DNA of 44,213 bases. It comes from Acidobacteriota bacterium. Its GTDB lineage: Bacteria > Acidobacteriota > Thermoanaerobaculia > Thermoanaerobaculales > Thermoanaerobaculaceae. Numbering within the stretch: position 1 is the stretch's first letter; the number at the start of each line of letters is the position of its first letter. The DNA is taken from positions 1 through 44,213 of the forward strand of contig JAKAFI010000001.1 of assembly GCA_021818005.1 (NCBI GenBank), read 5' to 3'. The translations under genes were made by a program, and so were the position numbers. Shown in pieces: positions 27,201 through 36,265 of the stretch. The notes beneath the pieces were generated by a model, which was given only the letters and a program-made list of their open reading frames with translations, made no database searches and was not told the origin of the DNA.

Positions 27201-27750
27201 GGCCGTGGTCCTGCACCTCGAGGAAGAAATCGCCCGCGCCGAGGATCTCCCGGAACTCCTCCGCGGCCCGCCTCGCGCCCGCCTCGTCTCCGGCGAGCAG
27301 CCGCGACGCCACCTCCCCCGAGAGACACGCCGACAGCCCGATGAGGCCGTCGGCGTGAGCCGCGAGCAGCTCCTTGTCGATGCGCGGGCGGTGGTAGAAC
27401 CCGTCGAGGTACGCCGTCGTCACGAGCTGCATCAGGTTGTCCCAGCCGCGCTGGTTCTCGGCCAGGAGCACGAGGTGCGTGTAGGGCTTCCGCCCCCCGT
27501 ACGGCCCCGCCGCGCGCTCTTTGCGGCTCCCCGGGGCGACGTAGACCTCGCACCCCAGCACCGGGCGCACGCCGGCCTTCCTGGCCGCGTTGTAGAACTC
27601 GAAAGCTCCAAATAGGTTCCCGTGATCCGTGAGGGCCACGGCCGGCATCTCGAGCCGCGCCACCTGGCGCATCAGCTCGTCGGGCTTGATCGCCGAGTCG
27701 AGCAGCGAGTAGTGGGAGTGGAGGTGGAGGTGGACGAACGTCTCCGGCAT
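24286..27750 (-). CDS. dnaE: DNA polymerase III alpha subunit
   Basis: MPETFVHLHLHSHYSLLDS is the PHP domain. It also contains the palm/fingers motifs (GFDGYFLVVWDF, GPGRGSAAGSLVAY, PDIDIDF), HhH and OB domains. The ATG at 27750 was chosen over the longer ORF-track start. Confidence 0.95.
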   Translation of the reverse strand: MPETFVHLHLHSHYSLLDSAIKPDELMRQVARLEMPAVALTDHGNLFGAFEFYNAARKAGVRPVLGCEVYVAPGSRKERAAGPYGGRKPYTHLVLLAENQRGWDNLMQLVTTAYLDGFYHRPRIDKELLAAHADGLIGLSACLSGEVASRLLAGDEAGARRAAEEFREILGAGDFFLEVQDHGLADERTVREGMARLSQATGIELVATNDSHFHLREDVEAHRVLIGIGQNKTLAELARDYAYNDEFYVKSGEEMARLFRDLPGAVARSGEIAERCHATFPGGQPLLPRYPVPQDRLPEDYLGELARQGLERRLGDGRSRRHPQQKYVARLENELGIIHTMGFDGYFLVVWDFIRHAREHGIPVGPGRGSAAGSLVAYALRITDIDPLEYDLLFERFLNPDRISMPDIDIDFCQRRRDEVIAHVREVYGTENVAQIATFNLLQARSCIRDVGRVLGMSFAQTDRIAKLVPETLGITLDDALRDSPRLAEAVAADADVGRLIEIGRRLEGLARHCGVHAAGVVIAPRPVREVVPLYRTSRDEVVTQFDKDVIEKLGLLKMDFLGLKTLTVIDDCLRSMAGAGMEVPDFERMSFDDPAVYDLFSAGDTDGVFQFESSGMRELLRTVQPRRFDEIAALNALYRPGPMQWTGEFADRKHGRQPITYIFPQLEEILAETYGVIVYQEQVMRIAVEIAGFSLASADTLRKAMGKKIKELIDEEGEHFIAGGVAKGYPKEKVSALWRQIVPFAQYGFNKSHSVAYAYVAYQTAYLKAHHPLHFWAAMLSSEVASTDKLAAYVGMLTAGGVKVLGPDVNASRLGFTVEGDAIRVGLGAIKGVGESASDSIVETRTRSGRFTSAAHLLRTVGDRTINRKVVECLIRAGAFDSLHPDRGALLAGLDTLVDQASRERQALETGQGFLFGFAEDAEPAPTPPGTVPASSEERLRGERETLGFYLSGHPLDRWTGVLRALGAARVCDLAQLSAAGADRVVVGGLISGLKVRPIRDGRNQGRRMASFTLEDQTGGVRAVAFADVFERSERALVDGTAVLATATPRSSEGEHVELSLDEVAPLEGIESRRATALRVELDLSRFSAPEQLRTLHELVLRHEGRVQLRLRLLGPSWTAELVPTRVLGVDPESLVPALTGLLGGGRVEYVFG

Positions 27751-27919
27751 GGCTCCGCATTGTAGCCTCGACCCACGGCCGTGAAGCGCCTGCAGTGATA
27801 AGCTGATCATGATCAGATGATTCATGGTTCCTGCACGGAACTTATGTAAAGCAAACTGCCGTGATCGCCGCAGTGGACTGGCTCCCGCCCGCCGCCCGCG
27901 GTTTGCTAGCATCCCGCCC

Positions 27920-28408
27920 ATGGCGCTACGGCCGTTCCCCTCCTACCCCGCCTGCCCCGTCTGCGGCGACCGTGCCGTCAACCCGTCGAGCCTCGCGGTC
28001 GCGTGGTCGTGGGACCCCGAGCGGCAGCTGGCGCTCGGGCGGTTCACCCCCGGCAACCTGCACGCGGGGTACGCGGGGATGCTGCACGGCGGCATCCTCT
28101 CCACCCTGCTCGACGAGTGCCTGGCGTGGGCGTGCGCGGTGCGCATGCGCGCTTACTGCGTCACCGGCGAGCTCGACGTCCGCTTCAAGTCCCCGGCCCC
28201 GATCGGTGAGGAGCTCGAGCTCGCGGGCTGGAGCGTGAGTAGCTGGGGCCGCTACGCGAAGGCCCGCGGCGAGGTGCGCTCGGCGAGCGTGGGTCAGGTC
28301 GCGACCGCGAGCGCCACGTTCGTCGCGCTCTCCCGCGGCGAGTCGGAGGCGTTGCACGCCGCCCTCCGCCTCGAGCCGGACGACGTCGACGTGCTGCACG
28401 GTACGTGA
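27920..28408 (+). CDS. PaaI/hotdog-fold thioesterase with N-terminal Cys-pair
   Basis: [24 protein letters not shown] is the hotdog thioesterase core pattern. CPVCGD lies near the N-terminus. Confidence 0.7.
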   Translation: MALRPFPSYPACPVCGDRAVNPSSLAVAWSWDPERQLALGRFTPGNLHAGYAGMLHGGILSTLLDECLAWACAVRMRAYCVTGELDVRFKSPAPIGEELELAGWSVSSWGRYAKARGEVRSASVGQVATASATFVALSRGESEALHAALRLEPDDVDVLHGT

Positions 28409-28487
28409 GGCCGACCCCTTTCGAAACGAGCTTCGAGCCACTAGACTGCGCTCCCGCGCCGTTCGCGAGGCGCACGGAGGAACGCCG

Positions 28488-30008
28488 ATGGACAGCAAGG
28501 ACATTCTGAGTGCTCTCAACCTGGACGCCGTCAACGCCGGGGCGTGCGCCCGCGGCTGGGTCACCGCCGCCGGCCCGGAGCTGGCATCGCGCAACCCGGC
28601 TACAGGGGAGGTCATCGCAACGGTGCGGCAAGCGGACGCCGCCGCCTACGACCGCGTCGCCTCCGTCGCCCACGAGGCGTTCCTCTCCTGGCGCATGGTG
28701 CCGGCGCCGAAGCGCGGCGAGGTCGTGCGGGCGCTCGGGGACGAGCTGCGCGCCCACAAGGAGGCGCTTGGCCGTCTGGTCGCCCTGGAGATGGGAAAGA
28801 TCGCGGCCGAGGGCCTCGGCGAGGTGCAGGAGATGATCGACATGTGCGATTTCGCCGTCGGTCTCTCACGCCAGCTCTACGGCCTCACGATCGCCTCCGA
28901 GCGCCCGCGCCACCGCATGCTCGAGCAGTGGCACCCGCTCGGCCCGGTCGGCGTCATTTCCGCCTTCAACTTTCCCGTCGCCGTCTGGTCGTGGAACGCG
29001 GCGCTGGCCGCCGTCTGCGGCGACACGGTGATCTGGAAGCCGTCCTCGGAGACGCCGCTCACCGCGGTCGCGGTCCAGCACATCTGCAACCGGGTGATGT
29101 CCCGCTTCGGCTGCGACGGCGTCTTCAACCTCGTGATCGGCAGCGGCCGCGAGGTCGGCCAGCGGCTGGTCGACGACGCCCGCGTGCCGCTGATCTCGTT
29201 CACCGGCTCCACGGCGCAGGGCCGCAAGGTGGCCACCGCGGTTGCGGGTCGTTTCGGCCACTCCATCCTGGAGCTCGGCGGCAACAACGCCGTCATCGTG
29301 ATGGACGACGCCGACCTCGACCTGGCGCTGCGCGCGATCGTGTTCGCCGCGGTCGGGACCGCCGGGCAACGGTGCACGACGCTGCGCCGCTTGCTGGTGC
29401 ACAAGGCGGTGCACGCGAAGCTGCTCGAGCGCCTGGTCAAGGCGTATCGCTCCGTGTCGATCGGAGACCCGCTCGCGCCCGGTACGCTGATGGGCCCGCT
29501 GGTGAACGAGACCGCGGTCGCGGACATGATGGCCGCCCTCGAGAAGGCCCGCGAGCAGGGCGGCGAGGTGGTGACCGGCGGAAAGCGCCTCGACCGGCCG
29601 GGCAACTTCGTCGAACCGACGATCGTCAAGGCGCACCCCGGGCTCGCGATCGCGGCAGAGGAGACGTTCGCCCCGATCCTGTACGTCTTCGAGTTCGACA
29701 CGATCGACGACGCGATCGCGATCCACAACTCGGTGCCGCAGGGGCTGTCATCCGCGATCTTCACCCGCGACCTGCTGGCGGCCGAACGGTTCCTCTCGGC
29801 CGAGGGCTCCGACTGCGGCATCGCCAACGTCAACATCGGCACCTCGGGGGCCGAGATCGGCGGCGCGTTCGGCGGCGAGAAGGAGACCGGCGGCGGGCGT
29901 GAGGCCGGCTCCGACGCGTGGAAGGCCTACATGCGGCGGCAGACCTGCACGATCAACTGGTCGCACGAGCTCCCGCTCGCCCAGGGCGTCAAGTTCGACA
30001 TCGCGTGA
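28488..30008 (+). CDS. ALDH7-family aldehyde dehydrogenase (alpha-aminoadipic semialdehyde / piperideine-6-carboxylate dehydrogenase-like)
   Basis: It closely resembles antiquitin-type ALDH7 as I recall it: [78 protein letters not shown]....LPLAQG.KF. Confidence 0.9.
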   Translation: MDSKDILSALNLDAVNAGACARGWVTAAGPELASRNPATGEVIATVRQADAAAYDRVASVAHEAFLSWRMVPAPKRGEVVRALGDELRAHKEALGRLVALEMGKIAAEGLGEVQEMIDMCDFAVGLSRQLYGLTIASERPRHRMLEQWHPLGPVGVISAFNFPVAVWSWNAALAAVCGDTVIWKPSSETPLTAVAVQHICNRVMSRFGCDGVFNLVIGSGREVGQRLVDDARVPLISFTGSTAQGRKVATAVAGRFGHSILELGGNNAVIVMDDADLDLALRAIVFAAVGTAGQRCTTLRRLLVHKAVHAKLLERLVKAYRSVSIGDPLAPGTLMGPLVNETAVADMMAALEKAREQGGEVVTGGKRLDRPGNFVEPTIVKAHPGLAIAAEETFAPILYVFEFDTIDDAIAIHNSVPQGLSSAIFTRDLLAAERFLSAEGSDCGIANVNIGTSGAEIGGAFGGEKETGGGREAGSDAWKAYMRRQTCTINWSHELPLAQGVKFDIA

Positions 30009-30086
30009 CCGATCGGCCGCCGGTCGCGACGGCGCCGGGGCGTCGCCCGGCCGCCGCGCCGGGTCGGACGCCGGGCGCCGCGCACC

Positions 30087-30335
30087 CTACGCGAGGCCGC
30101 GCCGGAGCACGGTGAGCAGCTCCGTGACCTTGCCGCACTGCTCGCAATCGGCGACCGGGGTCGAGCACGGCACGCCGTCGGCCTGCATCTCGGCGCACTT
30201 CGGCTCACGGGCATACTCGAGCAGCGCCACGACCATCTCGTACGTCATCTCGCGCAGCGGGCTCGCCGGGATCTCGCGCAAACCGGAGACCACCCGCCAC
30301 TCCTCCGCGCTCAGCTGCACGCTGACCTCTTCCAT
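30087..30335 (-). CDS. Small hypothetical protein (82 aa) with C-terminal CX10CX6CX2C cluster
   Basis: The ATG at 30335 is preceded by a GGAGG RBS about 4 nt upstream. It lies 32 nt downstream of, and co-directional with, the flavoprotein gene. I recognise no family. Confidence 0.5.
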   Translation of the reverse strand: MEEVSVQLSAEEWRVVSGLREIPASPLREMTYEMVVALLEYAREPKCAEMQADGVPCSTPVADCEQCGKVTELLTVLRRGLA

Positions 30336-30367
30336 CGCGCCTCCGTTTGCCTCGCCTCTCGTCGCCA

Positions 30368-31780
30368 TCACCCCACCTCCGGCGCCGCGCTTCCCCGCAG
30401 GATGAGGAGCGCCGCCTGCCTGCGGATCGCGGCCAGGACGGCCTTCTCGTCCGACTCGCGCGCGGCCCGGTCGTGGACCGGCCACGCCTCCAGCTCGCGT
30501 ACCGCCGCCGCCGCCGCCGCGGGCGGGCGCTCGACCACCAGCGGCCCCAGCAGCTCGTCGAGCCTGCGCTCGAGCCGTTCGGGCTCGAGCGGCGACGGAG
30601 CGCTCGACTCGCGCAGCTCGCAGGCTCGAGCCCGCAGCCTCCGCCGATCGCCGGTCGCGGCGCGGGCCGCGCGCCGGGCGAAGATCGCCGCCTCCAGCAG
30701 GCCGGTGCCCATCGTGCGGCGACGGCCCTGAACGCCTCCCGCGGCCTCGCCGCAGGCGTACAGCCCCGCCACCGACGTCCGTCCCCAGGCGTCGATCGCG
30801 ACGCCGCCGATGCCGTGGTGCTGGGCCACCGTCAGCGCCACGCGCCCGCCCGTCGCCAACGACGGGCTCGAGCCCAGCAGCCGCCGCATCGCCCACAGCT
30901 CCGGCCGCGTTTCCTCCACCTCGAGGAACGCGCCCGCGCCCGCGCGCTGCGCGCGCGCCACGGCGAGCGTCGTGGCCTCGAGGTCGCGCCCGGCCGGGAG
31001 GAGGTCGCCGGCGACGCGGACGCGGCCGGCGACGAGCGCCGCCGAGGTCGGAAAGTAGAGCGGCGGGGTCGCCGTGACCGGCAGTGCCTGCGTCAACCCC
31101 GGGTGGTGGAGGAGCGCCCCGGCCCACGCCGCGGCCGCCAGGCCGCTGCCGCGGCACCAGCGCGGCGCCGTCGTCACCGGGAACACGGCGCCGCTCCCGC
31201 CGCAGGCGAGGACCACGGCGTCGGCGAGGAGGCGCTGCGGCGCACCGCCGCCGCGGGGACAGAGGGTGACGCCGGCCACCCGCTCGCCGTCGAGGCACAA
31301 CCCCGACAGCAGCGTGCGTTCGCGCACCTCAACCTCGAGCGCCGCGCAGCGCCGGAGCAGCGGTGCGAGGAGCAGGTGGCGGTTGCGCGGCAGGCAGCGC
31401 ATCCCCCGCGGGAGCTCGTCACCCGGGAGCGTCACGGGCTCTTTGGCCACCGGCGCGAGGTCGAGGAGCTCGATCAGCTCGCGTGCCGCGTCGCGGGCGT
31501 TCTCGACGAACGCCTCGGCGAGGCCGGGCCGACGCATCCCGTCGCCCCGCATCTCGAGGTCGGCGAGGAGACGCTGCGGCGAGTCCCCCTTCACCCACGG
31601 GGCCGTCAGGAGGATCCAGGGGGTGAGCGCGTGGACGCGATGTGTGGCGCCGTCGCGGCCCGCCCGCCCTGCGGTCACCACGATCGTCCGCCACCCGGCC
31701 CCGGCGAGCTCCAGCGCGCAGGTGAGCCCGGCCAGACCGCTCCCGACGATGACCGCCGTGGGTGCGTCGCCGCTCGTCAC
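30368..31780 (-). CDS. FAD-dependent oxidoreductase, NadB/succinate-dehydrogenase-flavoprotein-like
   Basis: It has an N-terminal dinucleotide fold (AVIVGSGLAGLTCALELAGAG). It also has GGVAIDAWGRTSVAGLYACGEAAGGVQG..R.GTGLLEA and a C-terminal helical domain. At 470 aa it is shorter than typical L-aspartate oxidases. Confidence 0.75.
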   Translation of the reverse strand: MTSGDAPTAVIVGSGLAGLTCALELAGAGWRTIVVTAGRAGRDGATHRVHALTPWILLTAPWVKGDSPQRLLADLEMRGDGMRRPGLAEAFVENARDAARELIELLDLAPVAKEPVTLPGDELPRGMRCLPRNRHLLLAPLLRRCAALEVEVRERTLLSGLCLDGERVAGVTLCPRGGGAPQRLLADAVVLACGGSGAVFPVTTAPRWCRGSGLAAAAWAGALLHHPGLTQALPVTATPPLYFPTSAALVAGRVRVAGDLLPAGRDLEATTLAVARAQRAGAGAFLEVEETRPELWAMRRLLGSSPSLATGGRVALTVAQHHGIGGVAIDAWGRTSVAGLYACGEAAGGVQGRRRTMGTGLLEAAIFARRAARAATGDRRRLRARACELRESSAPSPLEPERLERRLDELLGPLVVERPPAAAAAAVRELEAWPVHDRAARESDEKAVLAAIRRQAALLILRGSAAPEVG

Positions 31781-31816
31781 GCGCCTAGTCTGCCACAGCC
31801 GCGGCCCGCGCCGGTA

Positions 31817-32524
31817 TCACGGGGATACGGGCGCGGCGTCGTCGCGGCGCTGCTCCTCGACGATCTTGCCGTCGCGCAGGCGGACGACGGCGCGGGCGTG
31901 CCGCGCAATGTCCTCCTCGTGGGTGACGAGGACGATCGTGTTCCCCTTCCGGTTGAGCTCGTCGAATAGGGCCATGATCTCGTCGCCGGTGCGCGAGTCG
32001 AGGTTACCGGTCGGCTCGTCGGCGAGGAGCAGCGAGGGGTTGTTGACGAGGGCGCGCGCCACCGCCACCCGTTGCCGCTGCCCGCCCGAGAGCTCGTTCG
32101 GCTGGTGGTGCATGCGGTCCCCCAGGCCCACCATGGCCAGCAGCTCCTTCGCCCGCTGCCGCCGCTCGTGCCGCGGCACGCCGGCGTATACCAGCGGGAC
32201 CTCGACGTTCTCCAGGGCCGACGCGCGCGAGAGCAGGTTGAACGTCTGGAACACGAAGCCGATCTCGCGGTTGCGGATGCGGGCGAGCTCGTCGTCGTCG
32301 AGGTGCGAGACCTCGTGCTCGTTGAGCCGATAGGTGCCGGAGGTGGCCGTGTCCAGGCAGCCGATCAGGTTCATCAGGGTGGACTTCCCCGACCCCGACG
32401 GCCCCATGATGGCGATGAACTCGCCCTTCTCCACGTTGAACGAAACGCCGTCGAGGGCGCGGACCTGCACGTCCCCCATCTCGTAGACCTTGACCAGATC
32501 ACGGATCTCGATGAGAACCGACAT
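31817..32524 (-). CDS. ABC transporter ATP-binding protein, MacB/LolD/DevA-type
   Basis: [54 protein letters not shown] is followed by [15 protein letters not shown] and [11 protein letters not shown]. Confidence 0.9.
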   Translation of the reverse strand: MSVLIEIRDLVKVYEMGDVQVRALDGVSFNVEKGEFIAIMGPSGSGKSTLMNLIGCLDTATSGTYRLNEHEVSHLDDDELARIRNREIGFVFQTFNLLSRASALENVEVPLVYAGVPRHERRQRAKELLAMVGLGDRMHHQPNELSGGQRQRVAVARALVNNPSLLLADEPTGNLDSRTGDEIMALFDELNRKGNTIVLVTHEEDIARHARAVVRLRDGKIVEEQRRDDAAPVSP

Positions 32525-32536
32525 GCTCCTCCCGCC

Positions 32537-34228
32537 TCACTTCGTCGCCGCGCCGCCGTCCTTGACCCAGTGGCCGAACTTCAGCCAGCCGACGTCCTTG
32601 AGGGCCGTGTGCGGCTCCTTCGCTTCGGGCGCTCCCTTGACCGAGATGCCGAGCGCGTCGAGGAACGAACCGACCGCCACCTCGTACGTCGCCACCGCCT
32701 GCCGGTAGAACACCCGGGATTGTAGCTCCGCCGCCTGCGCCGCGGCGAGGTCGTCCTGGATCTTCACCACCTGGAAGTTGGTCGACATGCCGTTGGCGAA
32801 CTTCTTCTGCTCGGCGTCGAGGTTGCGCTCGGCCAGCTCGCGCGACTTGACGGCGGCCGCGATCGACTTGGCGCTTGCCTCGAGGCCGCGCACCGCGTTC
32901 CTCACGTCCTCGATGACCGCCTGGCGCTGCAGCGCCACGTTCTGCCGCGCGGTGGCGACGGCGAAGCGGCGCTGAGCCAGCTGCGCCTTGGCCTGGTGGT
33001 TGCCGAGCGGATAGGAGAAGTTGACCACCGCCGACCACTGGTTGTAGTCGCGATCGCGCAGCTGCCGGAGGGCGTCGGACCAGCCGCCCGGGTTGACCGA
33101 GATCACGTTTCCGGTTTGGGGATCGAGGACGGCCGCATCTCCTCCGACGCCCGCGTACCCGTAGTTCAGCCCGAAGTCGAGCTGGGGCCGCGTGGCGTTG
33201 CGGGCGGCGAGGAGGTTCTCTTCCCCGATCTCGACCTGGAGCTTCGTCACGCGCAGCTCCGGCCGCTTGTCGATCGCCTCGGCGATCGAGCGGTCGAGAT
33301 CGACGTCCCGGGTCGTCACCTCGAGGGCGTCGGTGGGCACGATCGTGCTCTGCCAGTCGTCGGGGTTCTCGAACCCCATGAGCCCCTTGAGCACGTCGCC
33401 GGCGTTCCCAACCGCGTTCTCGGCGACGATGATGTCCACCTCGCGCGCCGCCACCGCGGCCTCCGATTGGATGATGTCGATCGGGGCGGAGGTGCCGATC
33501 CGCACGCGCGCCTGCGTCTCGCGCAGGAGGTCCTGAGCGAGCATGAGCGAGTGCTGCTTCGACTTCAGGTTGTCGATCGTGTAGACCAGGTTCCAGTACG
33601 CGTTCTCGACGGCCTCGGCGGTGTTGATGACGATCTCCTGGAACTGCACGGCGGAGATGTCGCGGGAGCGGCGCGCCACCTCGATGGCGGTCCTCGTGAC
33701 GTCGGTGCCGAACCCCTTCAGCAGCGGTTGGCTGAGGGAGAGCGTCAGGCCGGCGTTGTACGCCGGATTGAGGAAGTAGAACGACGAGTTGGTCTTGGTG
33801 CGGGAGTTCGTCCACGCCACCGAGTAGTTGGCGCCGGTCGGGACCAACCCTCCGAGCGAGAGGTTGAACTCGCGCTGGCGCACCACGGCGACGTTCGCGC
33901 CGACCAGTTGGTTCGTCGACTGCGACTCCGAGTACGACCCTCCGAGAGCGCTCGCGAGCACCGGGTCGAAGATTCCCGTGCTCCCCAGGAACCCTTGCTG
34001 CGACGAGGCGAAGGCGAGGCGGGACACCTCGAGGTTGATGTTGTGCTCGAGCGCGGTCGTGATCGCGTCCTGCAGCGAGAGCCGCATCTCGGGCGCGCCG
34101 AGTCGGGCGCCGCGCACCTGCTGTCCGGGCTTCGTACCCACCTCGAACGTCGGCTCCGCCGCGCGGGCGCTCACCGACATCGCGACGATCACAACACTTG
34201 CCAAGCTCAGAAGACCCCTCATTCTCAC
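32537..34228 (-). CDS. TolC-family outer-membrane efflux protein
   Basis: It has a signal peptide (MRMRGLLSLASVVIVAMSVSARAAEP). The two-repeat OEP architecture has the characteristic heptad-rich helices and the LSL.DAI..AL..N... Confidence 0.85.
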   Translation of the reverse strand: MRMRGLLSLASVVIVAMSVSARAAEPTFEVGTKPGQQVRGARLGAPEMRLSLQDAITTALEHNINLEVSRLAFASSQQGFLGSTGIFDPVLASALGGSYSESQSTNQLVGANVAVVRQREFNLSLGGLVPTGANYSVAWTNSRTKTNSSFYFLNPAYNAGLTLSLSQPLLKGFGTDVTRTAIEVARRSRDISAVQFQEIVINTAEAVENAYWNLVYTIDNLKSKQHSLMLAQDLLRETQARVRIGTSAPIDIIQSEAAVAAREVDIIVAENAVGNAGDVLKGLMGFENPDDWQSTIVPTDALEVTTRDVDLDRSIAEAIDKRPELRVTKLQVEIGEENLLAARNATRPQLDFGLNYGYAGVGGDAAVLDPQTGNVISVNPGGWSDALRQLRDRDYNQWSAVVNFSYPLGNHQAKAQLAQRRFAVATARQNVALQRQAVIEDVRNAVRGLEASAKSIAAAVKSRELAERNLDAEQKKFANGMSTNFQVVKIQDDLAAAQAAELQSRVFYRQAVATYEVAVGSFLDALGISVKGAPEAKEPHTALKDVGWLKFGHWVKDGGAATK

Positions 34229-34380
34229 GTGACCCTCCGCTCTCGCCTCGTTGCACTCATACGGGCCGAGCCCGCTCCTGGTTTCACCGGGCGTTGCCGT
34301 CGGGCAACTCTACCCGAACTCCCGCGGGCCCGGTCGCATCGGGGAACCGGCGCGCCGCACCGCCCTTTTCCGTGAGAACG

Positions 34381-35190
34381 TCAATCCGCGCCGCCGGGTT
34401 CTCCCCCGCCCAGCCAGCGCGCCGCGGCGAGTAACTCGGCCGTCTCCGGGCGGCCCGGACGCGACAGCACCCGACCGACCGGCCCTTCCTCGACGGCTTC
34501 ACCGTGGGCGAGCACCACGACCCTGGTGCAAAGACGCGCCACCAGGCGCACGTCGTGCGCGATCACCAGCAGCGCGATGCCGGTACGCCGGTGCAGCGCC
34601 ACCAGGAGGTTCAGCACCTGACCGCGCACCGAGACGTCGAGCGCGGAGACCGGCTCGTCGAGAACCAGCGCGGACGGGCCGCACGCCAGGGCGCGCGCGA
34701 TTGCGACCCGCTGGCGCTCGCCGCCGGAGAGCGTGCGCGGCAGCCGCCCGAGGAACGCCTCGTCGCGCGGCAGGCCCATCTCGCCGAGCAGATCCGCGAC
34801 GCGCCTGCGTCGCCGGGCGCCCCCGGCCAGCCGATGCACGGCGAGCGGCTCGCCGACGATGCTGCCGACCCGCTGGCGCGGGTCGAGCGAGGCGTTGGGG
34901 TCCTGGAACACGGCCTGCACCGCCCGGCGCATGCGCCGGCGCTCGCCGGGACCGAGCGTCGCGAGCGGGCGCCCCGAGAACGCGACCGTGCCGCCGTCCG
35001 GCGGCTCGAGCCCGAGCAGCAGGCGCGCCAGCGTGCTCTTCCCCGCGCCCGAGCGGCCCACGACTCCGACGATCTCTCCGGGCCACAGCGCGAACGTCAC
35101 ACCCCGCAACGCGTGGACGGTGCCGCCCCGACCCGCATACGAGCGCCGGACCGACTCGGCCGCCACGATCGGCGCGCCGGCTTCAACCAC
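34381..35190 (-). CDS. ABC transporter ATP-binding protein, oligopeptide/dipeptide DppF/OppF-type
   Basis: It has Walker A (GRSGAGKSTLARLL), the signature LSGGERQRVAIARAL, and Walker B (LVLDEPVSALD). Confidence 0.85.
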   Translation of the reverse strand: MVEAGAPIVAAESVRRSYAGRGGTVHALRGVTFALWPGEIVGVVGRSGAGKSTLARLLLGLEPPDGGTVAFSGRPLATLGPGERRRMRRAVQAVFQDPNASLDPRQRVGSIVGEPLAVHRLAGGARRRRRVADLLGEMGLPRDEAFLGRLPRTLSGGERQRVAIARALACGPSALVLDEPVSALDVSVRGQVLNLLVALHRRTGIALLVIAHDVRLVARLCTRVVVLAHGEAVEEGPVGRVLSRPGRPETAELLAAARWLGGGEPGGAD

Positions 35191-36166
35191 CGGGCTCCTC
35201 CTCGTCGCTGGCGAGGAAGCACCGCACCGTGCGGTCCGGGCCCGCGGCCGTCAGCGCCGGCCGCGCCCGGCGGCAACGCTCGTCGGCGTGAGCGCAACGA
35301 GGCGCGAACCGGCACCCGTGCCCCCACTCCCCCGGCCGCGACACGGCTCCGGGCACGGTCGGGAACACGCCCCCGGCGCCCGCGCCCGCCCGCGCCTCGA
35401 GAAGGGCCCTCGAATACGGGTGGCGCGGGTCGGCGAACAGCTCGTCGCGGCCTGCGGTCTCCACCGTCTCCCCGGCGTACAGCACCGTCACCCGCTCGAC
35501 CACATGGCCGACGAGAGACAGGTCGTGGCTGACGAACAGCAGCGTCAGGCCGCGTTCCTCCCGCAGGCGCCGGATCAGCTCGACCATTTGCCGCTGCGAG
35601 ACGGTGTCGAGCGCGGAGGTGGGCTCGTCCGCGATCAGCAGCCTCGGGTCGCCCGCGAGCGCGGCGGCGAGGAGCGCGCGCTGGCGCTCGCCGCCGGAGA
35701 GCTGATGCGGGTACGAGCGCGCGAGCCGCACCTCGCCCTCCAACCCCACCTCGCGCAACAGCTCGCACGCCAGCCTCGCGGCTCCGTCACGGCCGATCCG
35801 CCGCCGCAGTCTGGCCGCCTCGGTCACCTGTGCCCCGACCGAGCGGACCGGGTTGAGCGCCCGCGACGGTTCCTGGAAAAGGAACCCCGCCACCTCGCCC
35901 CGCAGCTGGCTCATCCTCGCCTCGGGCGCCCGTAGGACGTCCTCGCCGGCCAGTCGTACCGCCCCGCGCTCGATACGCGCCGCGTCGGGGAGCAGGCGCA
36001 CGAGGGCGAGCGCGGTCAGCGTCTTGCCGCAGCCGGACTCGCCGACGACGCCCATCGCCGTGCCCTCCTCGACGGCGAGCGTCACCCCGTCGAGCGCAAG
36101 TCGCCGGCGCCCATCCCCGTCAGGGAACGACACGGCAAGGTCAACCGCCTCCACGATCGCCGGCAC
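35183..36166 (-). CDS. ABC transporter ATP-binding protein, oligopeptide/dipeptide DppD/OppD-type
   Basis: It contains GESGCGKTLTALAL, LSGGERQRALLAAAL and LIADEPTSALD. A C-terminal oligopeptide-type extension carries Cys residues (CRFAPRCAHADERC). Confidence 0.85.
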   Translation of the reverse strand: MPAIVEAVDLAVSFPDGDGRRRLALDGVTLAVEEGTAMGVVGESGCGKTLTALALVRLLPDAARIERGAVRLAGEDVLRAPEARMSQLRGEVAGFLFQEPSRALNPVRSVGAQVTEAARLRRRIGRDGAARLACELLREVGLEGEVRLARSYPHQLSGGERQRALLAAALAGDPRLLIADEPTSALDTVSQRQMVELIRRLREERGLTLLFVSHDLSLVGHVVERVTVLYAGETVETAGRDELFADPRHPYSRALLEARAGAGAGGVFPTVPGAVSRPGEWGHGCRFAPRCAHADERCRRARPALTAAGPDRTVRCFLASDEEEPGG

Positions 36167-36265
36167 GCGTCGATTCTACGCGCCCCGGCCGCTCCCACGG
36201 CCGGCCCCCCTCCGGCGCTTCAATCCGGGCCGCGGCCCGGCTAGCATGGCTGCAGGAGGTGGGCC

